A stretch of 64,000 bases of DNA from Gammaproteobacteria bacterium (GTDB taxonomy: Bacteria > Pseudomonadota > Gammaproteobacteria > Eutrophobiales > Eutrophobiaceae). Shown here piece by piece: positions 22,223-31,595 of this stretch. The stretch spans positions 1,440,001 to 1,504,000 of the forward strand of contig CBDCDS010000003.1 of NCBI GenBank assembly GCA_965215365.1, written 5' to 3'. Position 1 is the first letter of the stretch; every line of letters begins with the position of its first letter. Under the pieces are notes generated by a model. That model saw nothing but the letters and a program-made list of their open reading frames with translations, had not been told where the DNA came from and did not search any database. The position numbers were made by a program, and so were the translations under genes.

Positions 22223-22399
22223 GTTGCGCTGGTTTGTGGTTATGGAGAGATTCCTGTGCTTCTGACTGCGGCATCACTTCCAGCAACCTCTGATTGTCAG
22301 AGGCACCTTTCCCGCATTCTACCGCTTCTGAGCCCCCTGCCCGTAACGATAACAATCAATGCCTGTTGATGCAATCCTTTTTCGCGTCTCCTTTCGCGT

Positions 22400-23251
22400 T
22401 TAATGGAAGCGAAGTTGAAAACTCGCGGCGCCGGCGGGCGCGCCGACAAGTTCCAGCGCAATGGGGAGCGGTGCCCCGGGAGCCATGCCGGCGGCGAGGT
22501 CGATGCCGGCACCGAGATATTGCGCGGGCGTAAATCGCCCCTGGGCAAGTAACTGTCGGGCGGGTGCGTAAATTAACAGTTCTATTTCGGGAAACGGCTG
22601 CATGAATTGAGCCTGACTGACCATAATGGCGTTGACCAGCAACGCATTGCGATAGCGGGGATGTGGTTGCGCATCCTGGCCCAGCAGCGTGATGGTTGAT
22701 GGGTCGCGCAAGCGGATGGGTTCACATTGCAGGCGTGCACAGGCAGCTTGTACCCAGGGCACGCCGGCCGGATACCGCGCTAATAGCCAGTCGCGGTTGA
22801 ACCAGCCAAGTTGCAGCAAGGCACCGAGCGACAGGATGATAACCAGGGCGCCCCAGAGCAGGCGCGTAGACGAACCGGTCTGCTGTTCACCCTCATCGAC
22901 CAGCACCGGCGGCAGGTCGGATAACGGTTCGTAGTCTGTTGCTGCGGGCGCGGGTTCAAGCTGTTCGGCTTGCCGTTGCCGTAGTGGCGGTTCTGCTGCT
23001 ATCTGCGTCACCGACGCCGGGGCGGGTTGTTCCTGCTCGGACTCCGGCGCGGCGTCCGCAGACGCGGGTTCTGGCGCCACTTCTTCGGTCAGCGCCGGGG
23101 GGTGCGGTCGTAGCACCGGCGCATCGCGCAAGCGCGCCAGCGCCGAAAACGTCTCGCCGCAAGAACCGCAGCTGACCCAGCCGTCGGCAGCCTTGAGTTG
23201 GGCCGCCCGTACGCGAAACAGGCGGCCACAGGATGGGCAATCGGCAAACAT
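22400..23251 (-). CDS. Zinc-ribbon + DUF3426 membrane protein
   Basis: CPSC...CGSC ribbon, Pro/Ala-rich linker, one TM; conserved position after accC. Confidence 0.85.
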   Translation of the reverse strand: MFADCPSCGRLFRVRAAQLKAADGWVSCGSCGETFSALARLRDAPVLRPHPPALTEEVAPEPASADAAPESEQEQPAPASVTQIAAEPPLRQRQAEQLEPAPAATDYEPLSDLPPVLVDEGEQQTGSSTRLLWGALVIILSLGALLQLGWFNRDWLLARYPAGVPWVQAACARLQCEPIRLRDPSTITLLGQDAQPHPRYRNALLVNAIMVSQAQFMQPFPEIELLIYAPARQLLAQGRFTPAQYLGAGIDLAAGMAPGAPLPIALELVGAPAGAASFQLRFH

Positions 23252-23256
23252 GATGC

Positions 23257-24600
23257 CTATTTCAGACCCAGCTTGTTTTCCAGATAGTGAATGTTGGTGC
23301 CACCGGCAACAAACGCAGCATCATCCAGCAATTTCTGCTGTAACGGGATATTGGTCTTGATGCCTTCAATAACGAGTTCGGACAGGGCGGTGGACATGCG
23401 TGCCAGGGCCAGCTCCCGGGTTTCTGCGTGGGCGATCAGCTTGGCGATCATCGAATCATAATGCGGCGGAATGTAGTAGCCGTCATAGATATGGGTTTCC
23501 ATGCGAATCCCCGGGCCGCCGGGCGGGTGGAAATGCTTGATCCGGCCTGGTGAGGGCATGAAGGTATCCGGGTCTTCCGCTTGAATGCGGCATTCCAGGG
23601 CATGGCCGCGTACGCCGATGTCATCCTGTTGATAACTCAATTCCAGGCCGGCGGCAATGCGCAGTTGCTCCTTGACGATATCAACGCCGGTGACCATTTC
23701 AGTAACGGGGTGCTCCACCTGGATGCGCGTGTTCATTTCGATGAAGTAAAACTCGCCGTCCTGGTAAAGGAATTCCATGGTGCCAGCGCCGCGATAGCCC
23801 ATGGTCTTGCACGCCTGCACGCAGATGTCACCGATCCTGGTGCGCATTTCCTGCGTGAGCCCGATTGCCGGCGCTTCTTCTATGACCTTCTGGTGGCGCC
23901 GCTGCATGGAGCAGTCCCTTTCTCCCAGATGAATGACGTTGCCGGCTGCATCGGCCAGCAGCTGTATTTCGATATGGCGCGGCTGTTCGAGAAACTTTTC
24001 CATGTATAAGGTATCATCGCCGAACGCCGCCGCGGCTTCTGCGCGCGTCAACGCCACGGCGTTGCGCAGGGATGCCTCGCCGCGCACAATGCGCATGCCG
24101 CGCCCGCCGCCGCCGGCTGCGGCCTTGATAATCACCGGGTAGCCCAATTCCTTCGCAACCCGGCCGACCTCGTCGATATCATCACTGAGGTCGCCGCTGG
24201 AACCGGGCACGCAGGGCACGCCGAATTTGCGCATCTGCTCGCGCGCGGAGATCTTGCTACCCATCAGACGGATGGTATCGGCGCGTGGACCGATGAAGAT
24301 AAACCCGCTCTCCTCCACCCGTTCGGCAAAATCGGCATTTTCCGACAGGAAGCCGTAACCCGGGTGGATGGCTGCGGCATCGGTGACCTCCGCGGCGCTG
24401 ATAACCGCCGGAATATTCAGATAACTGCCAGCCGACGCGGCCGGGCCGATGCAGACCGCTTCATCCGCCAACAGCACGTGTTTTTGTTCCCGGTCCGCCT
24501 CCGAGAACACGGCCACAGTCTTGATGCCAAGCTCGCGACAGGAACGCAGGATGCGCAGGGCAATTTCACCGCGGTTGGCAATGACGACTTTTGCAAGCAT
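23257..24600 (-). CDS. accC: Acetyl-CoA carboxylase biotin carboxylase
   Basis: [35 protein letters not shown]. Confidence 0.97.
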   Translation of the reverse strand: MLAKVVIANRGEIALRILRSCRELGIKTVAVFSEADREQKHVLLADEAVCIGPAASAGSYLNIPAVISAAEVTDAAAIHPGYGFLSENADFAERVEESGFIFIGPRADTIRLMGSKISAREQMRKFGVPCVPGSSGDLSDDIDEVGRVAKELGYPVIIKAAAGGGGRGMRIVRGEASLRNAVALTRAEAAAAFGDDTLYMEKFLEQPRHIEIQLLADAAGNVIHLGERDCSMQRRHQKVIEEAPAIGLTQEMRTRIGDICVQACKTMGYRGAGTMEFLYQDGEFYFIEMNTRIQVEHPVTEMVTGVDIVKEQLRIAAGLELSYQQDDIGVRGHALECRIQAEDPDTFMPSPGRIKHFHPPGGPGIRMETHIYDGYYIPPHYDSMIAKLIAHAETRELALARMSTALSELVIEGIKTNIPLQQKLLDDAAFVAGGTNIHYLENKLGLK

Positions 24601-24616
24601 GATTATTTTTCAGAAC

Positions 24617-24705
24617 CACTTCCACGAAAGTGGGAGTTCAGTTTATACCCTGTCGCTCGAAGGGCGGCTCCCTTGCGACCGGATTCCCGCTTGCACGGGA
24701 ATAGC
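24617..24705. repeat. Degenerate REP-like doublet (ATTCCC-N8-GGGAAT type)
   Basis: cacttccacgaaagtgggagttcag ... ccggattcccgcttgcacgggaat with a central hairpin, between accB and accC. Confidence 0.6.
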
Positions 24706-24718
24706 AGCAGGTTTTGCC

Positions 24719-25180
24719 TCAGGCATCGCGGATAATGAACAACGGCTGTCCGTACTCCACCGGTTCGCCGTTGGTGGCCATGATACGGCTGACGACACCA
24801 GCCTTTTCGGCTTCGATCTGGTTCATGATCTTCATCGCCTCAATAATACACAGCACATCCCCTTTCGCTACCGTCTGGCCCAGTTCCACGAAGGCCGGTT
24901 TACCCGGTGTCTGGGACTCATAGAAGATCCCCACCATGGGCGAGCGCACCATGTTCTCCTCGGGTTCTTCTTCCTGCCGGGCAGGTTCAGGCTCGGGCGC
25001 GTCGTCGGCAACCGGGGTGGCAGTCTGAACCTCACTCACCGGCATGGCGACAGGAAGCTGTGCCGGCGCCTGTCGGTTACGGCTGACCCGGACGGAATCG
25101 GTGTCCTCATGGATCTCAATCTCATCGATAGCCGATTCCTCCAGCATCTCGATCAGTTTTTTTACCTTGCGTATGTCCAT
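24719..25180 (-). CDS. accB: Biotin carboxyl carrier protein
   Basis: MDIRKVKKLIE, SPMVG, EAMK. Confidence 0.97.
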   Translation of the reverse strand: MDIRKVKKLIEMLEESAIDEIEIHEDTDSVRVSRNRQAPAQLPVAMPVSEVQTATPVADDAPEPEPARQEEEPEENMVRSPMVGIFYESQTPGKPAFVELGQTVAKGDVLCIIEAMKIMNQIEAEKAGVVSRIMATNGEPVEYGQPLFIIRDA

Positions 25181-25189
25181 AGACTTCGA

Positions 25190-25630
25190 TTACCCCTGTA
25201 ATTGTTCCGCAGCCACCTGCAATGCCAGACCATAACCCGAGGCGCCGGCGCCGCTGAGCACCGCAACAGCCAGCTCCGACAGGTAGGAATGGCGCCGGAA
25301 TTCCTCCCGGGCAAATACATTGGACAAGTGGACTTCGATGAAAGGAATACCCACCCCGGCAAACGCATCGCGCAGCGCAACGCTGGTATGGGTAAAGGCC
25401 CCGGGATTGATGATGATAAAGCCCACCCCTTCCGTTTTCGCCCGGTGCACCCGCTCGATGAGCTCATGCTCGGCATTGGACTGGAAACAGTCCAGATCGC
25501 AGCCCAGCCGCGCCGCGGCCGCAACCAGCTCGCGGTCAATGTCAGCAAGCGTGGTCGTGCCATACAGCTCCGGCTCGCGCTCGCCCAGCAGGTTCAGGTT
25601 AGGCCCGTGTAATACCAGTAGTTTTGTCAT
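25190..25630 (-). CDS. aroQ: Type II 3-dehydroquinate dehydratase
   Basis: [32 protein letters not shown]. Confidence 0.97.
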   Translation of the reverse strand: MTKLLVLHGPNLNLLGEREPELYGTTTLADIDRELVAAAARLGCDLDCFQSNAEHELIERVHRAKTEGVGFIIINPGAFTHTSVALRDAFAGVGIPFIEVHLSNVFAREEFRRHSYLSELAVAVLSGAGASGYGLALQVAAEQLQG

Positions 25631-25868
25631 ATCAAATCGTCACTCCGGCGCCCGCGTATCCCGGTCACTGACAGCTGCTGCCAGCGAAACGTTCATGTTA
25701 GCAGACAAAATCAGGATAGATGATAGCAGTTTCGCACATAATAACAGGAAATGGGCGAAGATGCTCGAATCTGAAACGGGTACGGTATCCACGGTCATCA
25801 CCGACTGTTTTCCATTGCGCCACGCACATCTACCGAAATGGAGTTTGGCCTGGAGAATGAAAAATTGG

Positions 25869-25897
25869 TTGACACGAAATCCGTGTTTCACTAGTCT
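25869..25897 (+). promoter_or_regulatory. Sigma70-type promoter with internal inverted repeat
   Basis: TTGACA-17nt-TAGTCT; ACACG-N5-CGTGT overlaps the -35 box and spacer. Confidence 0.65.
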
Positions 25898-25903
25898 TAT
25901 GCC

Positions 25904-25963
25904 GTGAAAAACATCACTATCACGGTGTTCGTTGACACCAACTGCTTTCATCTACAGAGATGA
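25904..25963 (+). pseudogene. 19-codon mini-ORF, possible collapsed antitoxin/PIN-toxin remnant
   Basis: GTG start, (M)KNITITV-FVDTN-CFHLQR; its TGA overlaps the ATG of the next gene. Confidence 0.45.
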
Positions 25964-26667
25964 TTCTGACAGACAGCGACATTATCCAGGCAACCGAGCA
26001 GGGCTTGTTGGTCATTGAGCCCTTTTCCGAGCGCCAGGTGCAACCGGCGTCTTATGATCTCAGGGTTGGCAGGCAAGCTATCACCAGTTCATCCGACAGC
26101 GTTGTTGATATTGAGCAGCGTGGTTTTTTTGAACTGACCCCCGGCGATTTTGCGGTGGTCACTACTCGGGAGAAGCTCGAGTTCGATCTCATCCATACCG
26201 CGCGCATCGGTCTGCGCAGCAAGTACGCACGGAAAGGAATTATCGCGACGACCGGCCCCCAGGTTGACCCCGGATATCGCGGGCGACTTAAGATCGGCCT
26301 GACCAACTTGTCACCGCATTCGATTTCTTTCCCGTTTGAAGACGATCTGATTACCTTGGAGATCCACCGTTTGACCAAACCTGCCGGCAAGGGCTACAGC
26401 GGGCCTTACCAGGATGACGAGGTACTTTCCCCGGACGATATTGCATCGGTCACAGAAGGAGAGAACATCGGTTTTTCCAGTATGCTGGACAGTTTGCAGT
26501 CACTCTCGAAGAATGTTGGCGAACTGACCCGAAACATGGATCGACTCACTACACAAAACGAAGCTATTCAAGCGCAGAACAGGATGGTCTTATGGGCGAT
26601 TGGATCAGGTCTTGCCGCGATTACCTTGCTGGTGGCGTTTGTTACTTTGCTGGTGGCGTTTGATTGA
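25960..26667 (+). CDS. dCTP deaminase/dUTPase-fold protein with C-terminal coiled coil and TM anchor
   Basis: MILTD, QPASYDLR, RSKYARKG, DPGYRG, YSGPYQ; then heptad repeat and hydrophobic tail. Confidence 0.85.
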   Translation: MILTDSDIIQATEQGLLVIEPFSERQVQPASYDLRVGRQAITSSSDSVVDIEQRGFFELTPGDFAVVTTREKLEFDLIHTARIGLRSKYARKGIIATTGPQVDPGYRGRLKIGLTNLSPHSISFPFEDDLITLEIHRLTKPAGKGYSGPYQDDEVLSPDDIASVTEGENIGFSSMLDSLQSLSKNVGELTRNMDRLTTQNEAIQAQNRMVLWAIGSGLAAITLLVAFVTLLVAFD

Positions 26668-26688
26668 ATGCACCGTCTGTAAGTGGCC

Positions 26689-27264
26689 TCACAGCAACCC
26701 GGTAATAATACTCTCCGCCGCTGCGGTCGGCAGGATGCCGGGTTTGACGTGGGCTACCTTGCCGTTGCGGTCGATGATGACGGTGTATGGCAGGGCGCCG
26801 ATGTGGTTGCCGTAGGCTTCGGCGAGTTGGATGACTTCCAGTTCGCCGGTCAGTATCGGGTAGTTGACTTTATGTTCCGCTACGAACTCATGTACTTCTT
26901 CGGGTTGCTGCAGGGCGATGCCGATGAACTGCAGGCCCTGCGTCTGGTACTTTGCCTGCAGGGCGACGAACTCGGGGACTTCCTTGATGCAGGGGGGGCA
27001 CCAGGTGGCCCAGAAATTCAGCGCGACTACCTTGCCGTCCCACTCGCTGACGGCGCGCGGCTGGCCGTCCAGATCCGGCAGGGTAAATTCCGGCCGTTGC
27101 CGCCCCAGGATCTCAGTTGTGACGGCGGGTTGCGGCGCCTTGACCGCTACCGGCGTTGACGGCCGGGCGCGTGAGTGCTGCTGGTAATGGTACAGACTGT
27201 AGCCCAGATAACCGGATATGGATACCAGCCCTGTCAGGACGGTCCACAATACCACCTTTTTCAT
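26689..27264 (-). CDS. TlpA/ResA-family thiol-disulfide oxidoreductase
   Basis: N-terminal TM, LNFWATWCPPC, ALPYT. Confidence 0.92.
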   Translation of the reverse strand: MKKVVLWTVLTGLVSISGYLGYSLYHYQQHSRARPSTPVAVKAPQPAVTTEILGRQRPEFTLPDLDGQPRAVSEWDGKVVALNFWATWCPPCIKEVPEFVALQAKYQTQGLQFIGIALQQPEEVHEFVAEHKVNYPILTGELEVIQLAEAYGNHIGALPYTVIIDRNGKVAHVKPGILPTAAAESIITGLL

Positions 27265-29096
27265 AGGGCCGGTACTCCAATTCTTTGCAGATGTTGCAGG
27301 AACTGTTCAGGTTTGACATAGCCGACCAGACGGTAGGCCGGTAGTTCCTGACCGTCGCTATTGAAAAACAGCACGGCCGGCGGGCCAAAGATTTGAAAGC
27401 GCTTGAGCAGTCGCTGGTCTTCGGCATCGTTACGGGTGACGTCCGCCTGCAACAGCACGACGCCGGACAGGGCTTGTTGCACCGCCGGTTCGGAGAACGT
27501 GTCTTGCTCCATTTCGATGCAGGTGATACACCAATCTGCGTAGAAATCCAGCATCACCAGCTTGCCGGCGGCAGCCAGCTCGGTGTCTAGGTCGGCGCTG
27601 CTCTTGATGCGCCGGAAATCCAGACTGCTGTGGGTGGCCGGCGCCCCGGTCAGATGGGCCAATGGGCGCAGCATATCCTGGGAACCCGACAGCGCGCCGA
27701 TGAGCAGGGCGCCGGCATAAATGAACCCGACGATGCTAACTGCCCTGACCGCCTTGCCGATCGGGCCGCTACGATTTGGGCCGCCACGATTTGCGGCGCC
27801 CAGCAGCAGCAGCGCGAGAATGATCAACAGCGCCCACAGGAGCATGGCGATATTGCCGGGGATGATGCGTTCTAAAAACCAGATGCCAACCCCCAGCATG
27901 ATGACGCCGAAGCCTTGCTTGACTTGCTCCATCCAGGCACCGACCCGCGGCAGTAACGACCCGGCGGAAGTGCCGATGACCAGCAACGGCACGCCGAAGC
28001 CCAGGCCCATGGCGAACAGCGCGGCGCCGCCGAGCAACGCATCCCCGGTCTGGCTGATATACAGCAGCGCCCCGGCCAGGGGCGGCGCCACGCAGGGGCC
28101 GACGATGACCGCAGACACCGCGCCCATGAGCGCACAGGAATACAGGCCGTTGTTGCCCGGCGCCGCCGACAGTGACGCTAGGCGGGTCTGCAGGGCCGAC
28201 GGCAGGCGCAGTTCATAAAACCCGAACATGGCCAAGGCCAGCAGCACAAACACTAGGCTGAAAGCGCCGATGACCCAGACGTTCTGGGAGGCGGCCTGTA
28301 GGTTCAGCTGAAACGAACCGGCCAGTACGCCCAACAGGGCGTAGGTCAGCGCCATGGCCAGCACGTAGGCCAGCGACAGCGCAAACCCGCGCCGGGTACT
28401 GACAGTCCCGGACTGCCCGACGATAATGCCGGACAGGATAGGGATCATCGGGAACACGCACGGGGTCAGCGACAGCAACACGCCGAAGGTGAAAAATGCC
28501 AGCACATTGAGGATGAAACTGCCTTGCTTCAGGCGCGTGGTGATGCGGTCCTGCACCGAGAGCCGACCCGGGCCGACAGGTTGCAGGGTAGTGCCGGGCG
28601 TGTCTTCTAGGGTCACACTGAGTGGTTGCAGTTGCGGCGGGTAACACACCGATTCCTCCTTGCAGCCCTGATAGCCGACCTGCAACAAGGCGGTGGCGAT
28701 ACCGGCCCGGGTGTGGCGCAACGGCACCTTCACTGTGACCTGTCCGGTATGCACTTCCACCGCGCCGAAGGACTCATCCTGTTTGACCGTGCCGCGCGGC
28801 ACGCGTACGGCCGCGTCCTCCACGCTTACGCCGTCCGTCAGGGAGGCAAAAGAAAACTTGTCGCGATAAAGGTAATACCCCTCCTCGATGACCCAGTCAA
28901 ACCGCACCGTATCCGCGCCCAGCGGCGTTGCTGATAGCCGGAAGGCCTGCTCAGGGTCCAGTATGTCAAAACTGCTCGGGATGTTCCCGGCCGAACCGAC
29001 CAGATTTTGCAAACGTTCGCCGATGGATTGCGCACCCGCGGCAACAGCAACCAGACCCAGCAGTACGGCGCTGATTGTGGTGGGCCGGTCAATCAT
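27261..29096 (-). CDS. dsbD: Protein-disulfide reductase DsbD
   Basis: GYYLYRDKF, YQGC..CYPP, TPCVFPMIP, GPCVAPPL, FYADWCITC; start uncertain (29096 or 29114). Confidence 0.93.
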   Translation of the reverse strand: MIDRPTTISAVLLGLVAVAAGAQSIGERLQNLVGSAGNIPSSFDILDPEQAFRLSATPLGADTVRFDWVIEEGYYLYRDKFSFASLTDGVSVEDAAVRVPRGTVKQDESFGAVEVHTGQVTVKVPLRHTRAGIATALLQVGYQGCKEESVCYPPQLQPLSVTLEDTPGTTLQPVGPGRLSVQDRITTRLKQGSFILNVLAFFTFGVLLSLTPCVFPMIPILSGIIVGQSGTVSTRRGFALSLAYVLAMALTYALLGVLAGSFQLNLQAASQNVWVIGAFSLVFVLLALAMFGFYELRLPSALQTRLASLSAAPGNNGLYSCALMGAVSAVIVGPCVAPPLAGALLYISQTGDALLGGAALFAMGLGFGVPLLVIGTSAGSLLPRVGAWMEQVKQGFGVIMLGVGIWFLERIIPGNIAMLLWALLIILALLLLGAANRGGPNRSGPIGKAVRAVSIVGFIYAGALLIGALSGSQDMLRPLAHLTGAPATHSSLDFRRIKSSADLDTELAAAGKLVMLDFYADWCITCIEMEQDTFSEPAVQQALSGVVLLQADVTRNDAEDQRLLKRFQIFGPPAVLFFNSDGQELPAYRLVGYVKPEQFLQHLQRIGVPAL

Positions 29097-29487
29097 CTTG
29101 TTGCGCAGGGTCATTATGGGCGGCTGGCGTCGGGCAAACTGTCGGTCCTGACGAGTTGTCATTGACCCAAGACAAATAATCGGGCAGGCCGTGACTGATC
29201 GGCACGGCGATAATTTCCGGCAGCTGGTACGGATGCAGCGCCTTGATGCGGCATTCCAGCGCTGGATAGCTTGCCGCTGAGGTCTTGATCAGGAGCAGGT
29301 GTTCCTGCGCGCACTGCACCTTGCCGTCCCAGTGGAAATAAGATTGCAGGCCGGGCAACACCTGCACACAGGCGGCCAGTCCGCGCGCCACCAGGTCGGC
29401 GGCGATGCGGCCGGCCGTAGCGGCGTCCGGGCAGGTGTTCAGTACCACCAGGTGTTCGGCTGCTGCGGTGATGACGGCCTCTCCCAT
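29089..29487 (-). CDS. cutA: Divalent-cation tolerance protein CutA
   Basis: LAACVQ, SYFHWDG, LLIKT, HPYQLPEII; start uncertain. Confidence 0.9.
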   Translation of the reverse strand: MGEAVITAAAEHLVVLNTCPDAATAGRIAADLVARGLAACVQVLPGLQSYFHWDGKVQCAQEHLLLIKTSAASYPALECRIKALHPYQLPEIIAVPISHGLPDYLSWVNDNSSGPTVCPTPAAHNDPAQQDD

Positions 29488-29613
29488 GGGTGCATTGCTG
29501 AGTGCATTGCCTGCCGGTGCAGGCGCGAAAAGGGTATAATACCCCAAACCTGATACAAGCCCGCTTGAAAATCAACATCATGTCCATAACGCACCGGCGG
29601 CCGGAATAAGCCC

Positions 29614-30042
29614 ATGTTCAGGCTGCTGTTCCTGCTGTTTGTTACCGTTCCCCTGGTTGAAATCTATTTCCTCATCCAGGTGGGGCAGGAAATCGGCGCG
29701 CTGGCAACCGTACTGCTGTGCATTTTAACGGCAGCCTTAGGCGCCATACTGCTGCGCATCCAGGGCCTGCTGACCCTGAGGGACGCACGGGAAAAACTGC
29801 GCCGGGGAGAAATACCGGCCACTAACCTGCTGGAGGGGTTAATCCTGCTCGGCACCGCCGTGTTGCTGCTTACTCCCGGCTTCGTCACCGATGTGTTCGG
29901 GTTCCTGTGCCTGGTTCCCTCCTTGCGCTCGACGCTGGCTTTGAAGGTACTGCAGCGCGCCTGCCGTAACGACCTGCACAGGAGAAGCATCATCATAGAA
30001 GGGGAATCCTGGGAAGAGGACAACCACCGGCGCCTTCGCTAG
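29614..30042 (+). CDS. fxsA: FxsA family membrane protein
   Basis: VPLVEIY, LLLTPGFVTDVFG. Confidence 0.92.
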   Translation: MFRLLFLLFVTVPLVEIYFLIQVGQEIGALATVLLCILTAALGAILLRIQGLLTLRDAREKLRRGEIPATNLLEGLILLGTAVLLLTPGFVTDVFGFLCLVPSLRSTLALKVLQRACRNDLHRRSIIIEGESWEEDNHRRLR

Positions 30043-30059
30043 CCCGCATCTCTCACTCC

Positions 30060-30821
30060 GTGACTTCAGAACAACAGCAAGACCTCATCAATTACCTGTC
30101 CGGTTTCATCAATGAACAACGCCGGGAGCGGCTGCAACGGGTACTCAGGGAGAGGACTCGCCATATCACCGTGGCACTGGAAGATGTTTATCAACCGCAC
30201 AACGCCAGTGCGGTGGTGCGCACCTGCGAATGCCTGGGGCTGCAGGAACTCCACGTTATTGAGAACCGCAATGAATACCGCCTCAACCCGGCGGTGGTGC
30301 AGGGCGCCTCGAAATGGATAGACCTGATCCGGCATAACCGGCCCGGACAGGACAATTCCCGCGCCTGCATCGAACAACTCAAACAGCGCGGCTACCGCAT
30401 CATCGCCATGCACCCGGCCGCCAGCGGCGCCACGCCGGAGCAACTGGATACCGGCGCCAAACTGGCGCTGTGCTTCGGCTCGGAAGAACCGGGCCTGTCC
30501 GACACTCTGCACGCCCTGGCCGATGTCACCGTAAGCATCCCCATCCACGGCTTCACGCAAAGCTACAACCTGTCCGTCAGCGCCGGCATCAGCCTCTACA
30601 CCCTGGTCACAGCACTGAAAAACTCCACCGTGCACTGGCAACTGGACGCAGCCGACAGCGCCGACCTGTATATCAGGTGGCTGGCACAATCAACGCCGAA
30701 CGGCGCGCAGGTGCTGGAGAGCTACCTGAAAAATGCCACGGAGGGCATTTTTAGCCCGCATATCTCACCAAGTGAAATGTTTCACAAGGCAACAAGCGAC
30801 TTGGTGAGATCTGCGGGTTAG
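30060..30821 (+). CDS. trmH: TrmH/SpoU RNA methyltransferase with repeat-derived C-terminus
   Basis: LEDVYQPHNASAVVRTC, FGSE, IPIHGFTQSYNLSVS. Confidence 0.85.
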   Translation: MTSEQQQDLINYLSGFINEQRRERLQRVLRERTRHITVALEDVYQPHNASAVVRTCECLGLQELHVIENRNEYRLNPAVVQGASKWIDLIRHNRPGQDNSRACIEQLKQRGYRIIAMHPAASGATPEQLDTGAKLALCFGSEEPGLSDTLHALADVTVSIPIHGFTQSYNLSVSAGISLYTLVTALKNSTVHWQLDAADSADLYIRWLAQSTPNGAQVLESYLKNATEGIFSPHISPSEMFHKATSDLVRSAG

Positions 30822-30829
30822 AGGTTGCC
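30729..30829. mobile_element. Nested MITEs: 69-bp family B mini-copy inside a family A end
   Basis: ggcattttTA-[gcccgcatatctcacc...ggtgagatctgcgggt]-TAgaggttgcc; TA duplicated at 30752 and 30819. Confidence 0.85.
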
Positions 30830-30840
30830 GCGTGTAAGTT

Positions 30841-30872
30841 CGTCATACCGGCCAGGGATTGGCCGGTATCCA
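30841..30872 (+). repeat. REP-like palindrome
   Basis: gtcATACCGGCCA-gggat-TGGCCGGTATcca. Confidence 0.5.
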
Positions 30873-30928
30873 ACCACAAGGACGTGCTGATCCCCCTAAT
30901 TGCCATAAGTTCCCCACTTATCTATATC

Positions 30929-30982
30929 TTTTTGCTATGTAAATTTTACAGATTTACATACTGTCGGGGTGTGCAGCGCCCT
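30929..30982 (-). repeat. Family D repeat
   Basis: Reverse complement of 13463-13516 with about 4 mismatches. Confidence 0.75.
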
Positions 30983-31025
30983 GCTCATGAAGATTTGGAA
31001 TAAAAAACCTCTCCTTATATCAAAA

Positions 31026-31176
31026 GGTCACCTCTCACAAACACGAGGTGGCCGTGCAGCATAAGGATGTGCTGCCATTTTTAAGAACGTAAGTAATTGA
31101 AAATGAAGGAAATGAAAAATCACACTTTTTCATCTCCGTCTCTAACAATGCCACGGAGGGCATTTTTAGAGGTTCC
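31026..31176 (+). mobile_element. Family A long element (~150 bp), left of tRNA cluster
   Basis: Inverted, diverged copy of 31596-31746; ends in ggcatttttagaggttcc. Confidence 0.8.
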
Positions 31177-31238
31177 TAAAAAGTATGATCTTACCCTGAC
31201 AATTCCACAATTTTCTTAACTTTCATCCCGATTCAATG

Positions 31239-31267
31239 TTGACAGCCTGAAAAAAACATATCATAAT
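31239..31267 (+). promoter_or_regulatory. Sigma70 promoter of the tRNA-tuf operon
   Basis: TTGACA-17nt-CATAAT, 19 nt before tRNA-Tyr. Confidence 0.8.
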
Positions 31268-31286
31268 TGTGGGCTTGCTTGATGCC

Positions 31287-31371
31287 GGAGGGGTACCCAA
31301 GCGGTCAACGGGGGCAGACTGTAAATCTGCTGGCGACGCCTTCGTAGGTTCGAATCCTACCCCCTCCACCA
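31287..31371 (+). tRNA. tRNA-Tyr(GTA)
   Basis: Cloverleaf with long variable arm, anticodon GTA, GGTTCGAATCC, CCA end. Confidence 0.97.
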
Positions 31372-31414
31372 TCCGGTGTGAGGGGGTAGGGAAGCAATAT
31401 GGCGGTATTATCCG

Positions 31415-31488
31415 GCGGGTGTAGTTCAATGGTAGAACTTCAGCCTTCCAAGCTGACGGCGTGGGTTCGATTCCCATCACCCGCTCCA
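31415..31488 (+). tRNA. tRNA-Gly(TCC)
   Basis: Cloverleaf, anticodon TCC, CCA end. Confidence 0.97.
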
Positions 31489-31502
31489 GAAGCTGGGCTT
31501 GT

Positions 31503-31578
31503 GCCCATATAGCTCAGTCGGTAGAGCACTTTCTTGGTAAGGAAGAGGTCACCGGTTCAATTCCGGTTATGGGCTCCA
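31503..31578 (+). tRNA. tRNA-Thr(GGT)
   Basis: Cloverleaf, anticodon GGT, CCA end. Confidence 0.97.
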
Positions 31579-31595
31579 TAGAATAAATGGAATAT

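Noticed and set aside
25640-25951. 103-aa minus-strand ORF upstream of aroQ
   Set aside because: No motifs; overlaps the better-supported promoter and mini-ORF on the plus strand
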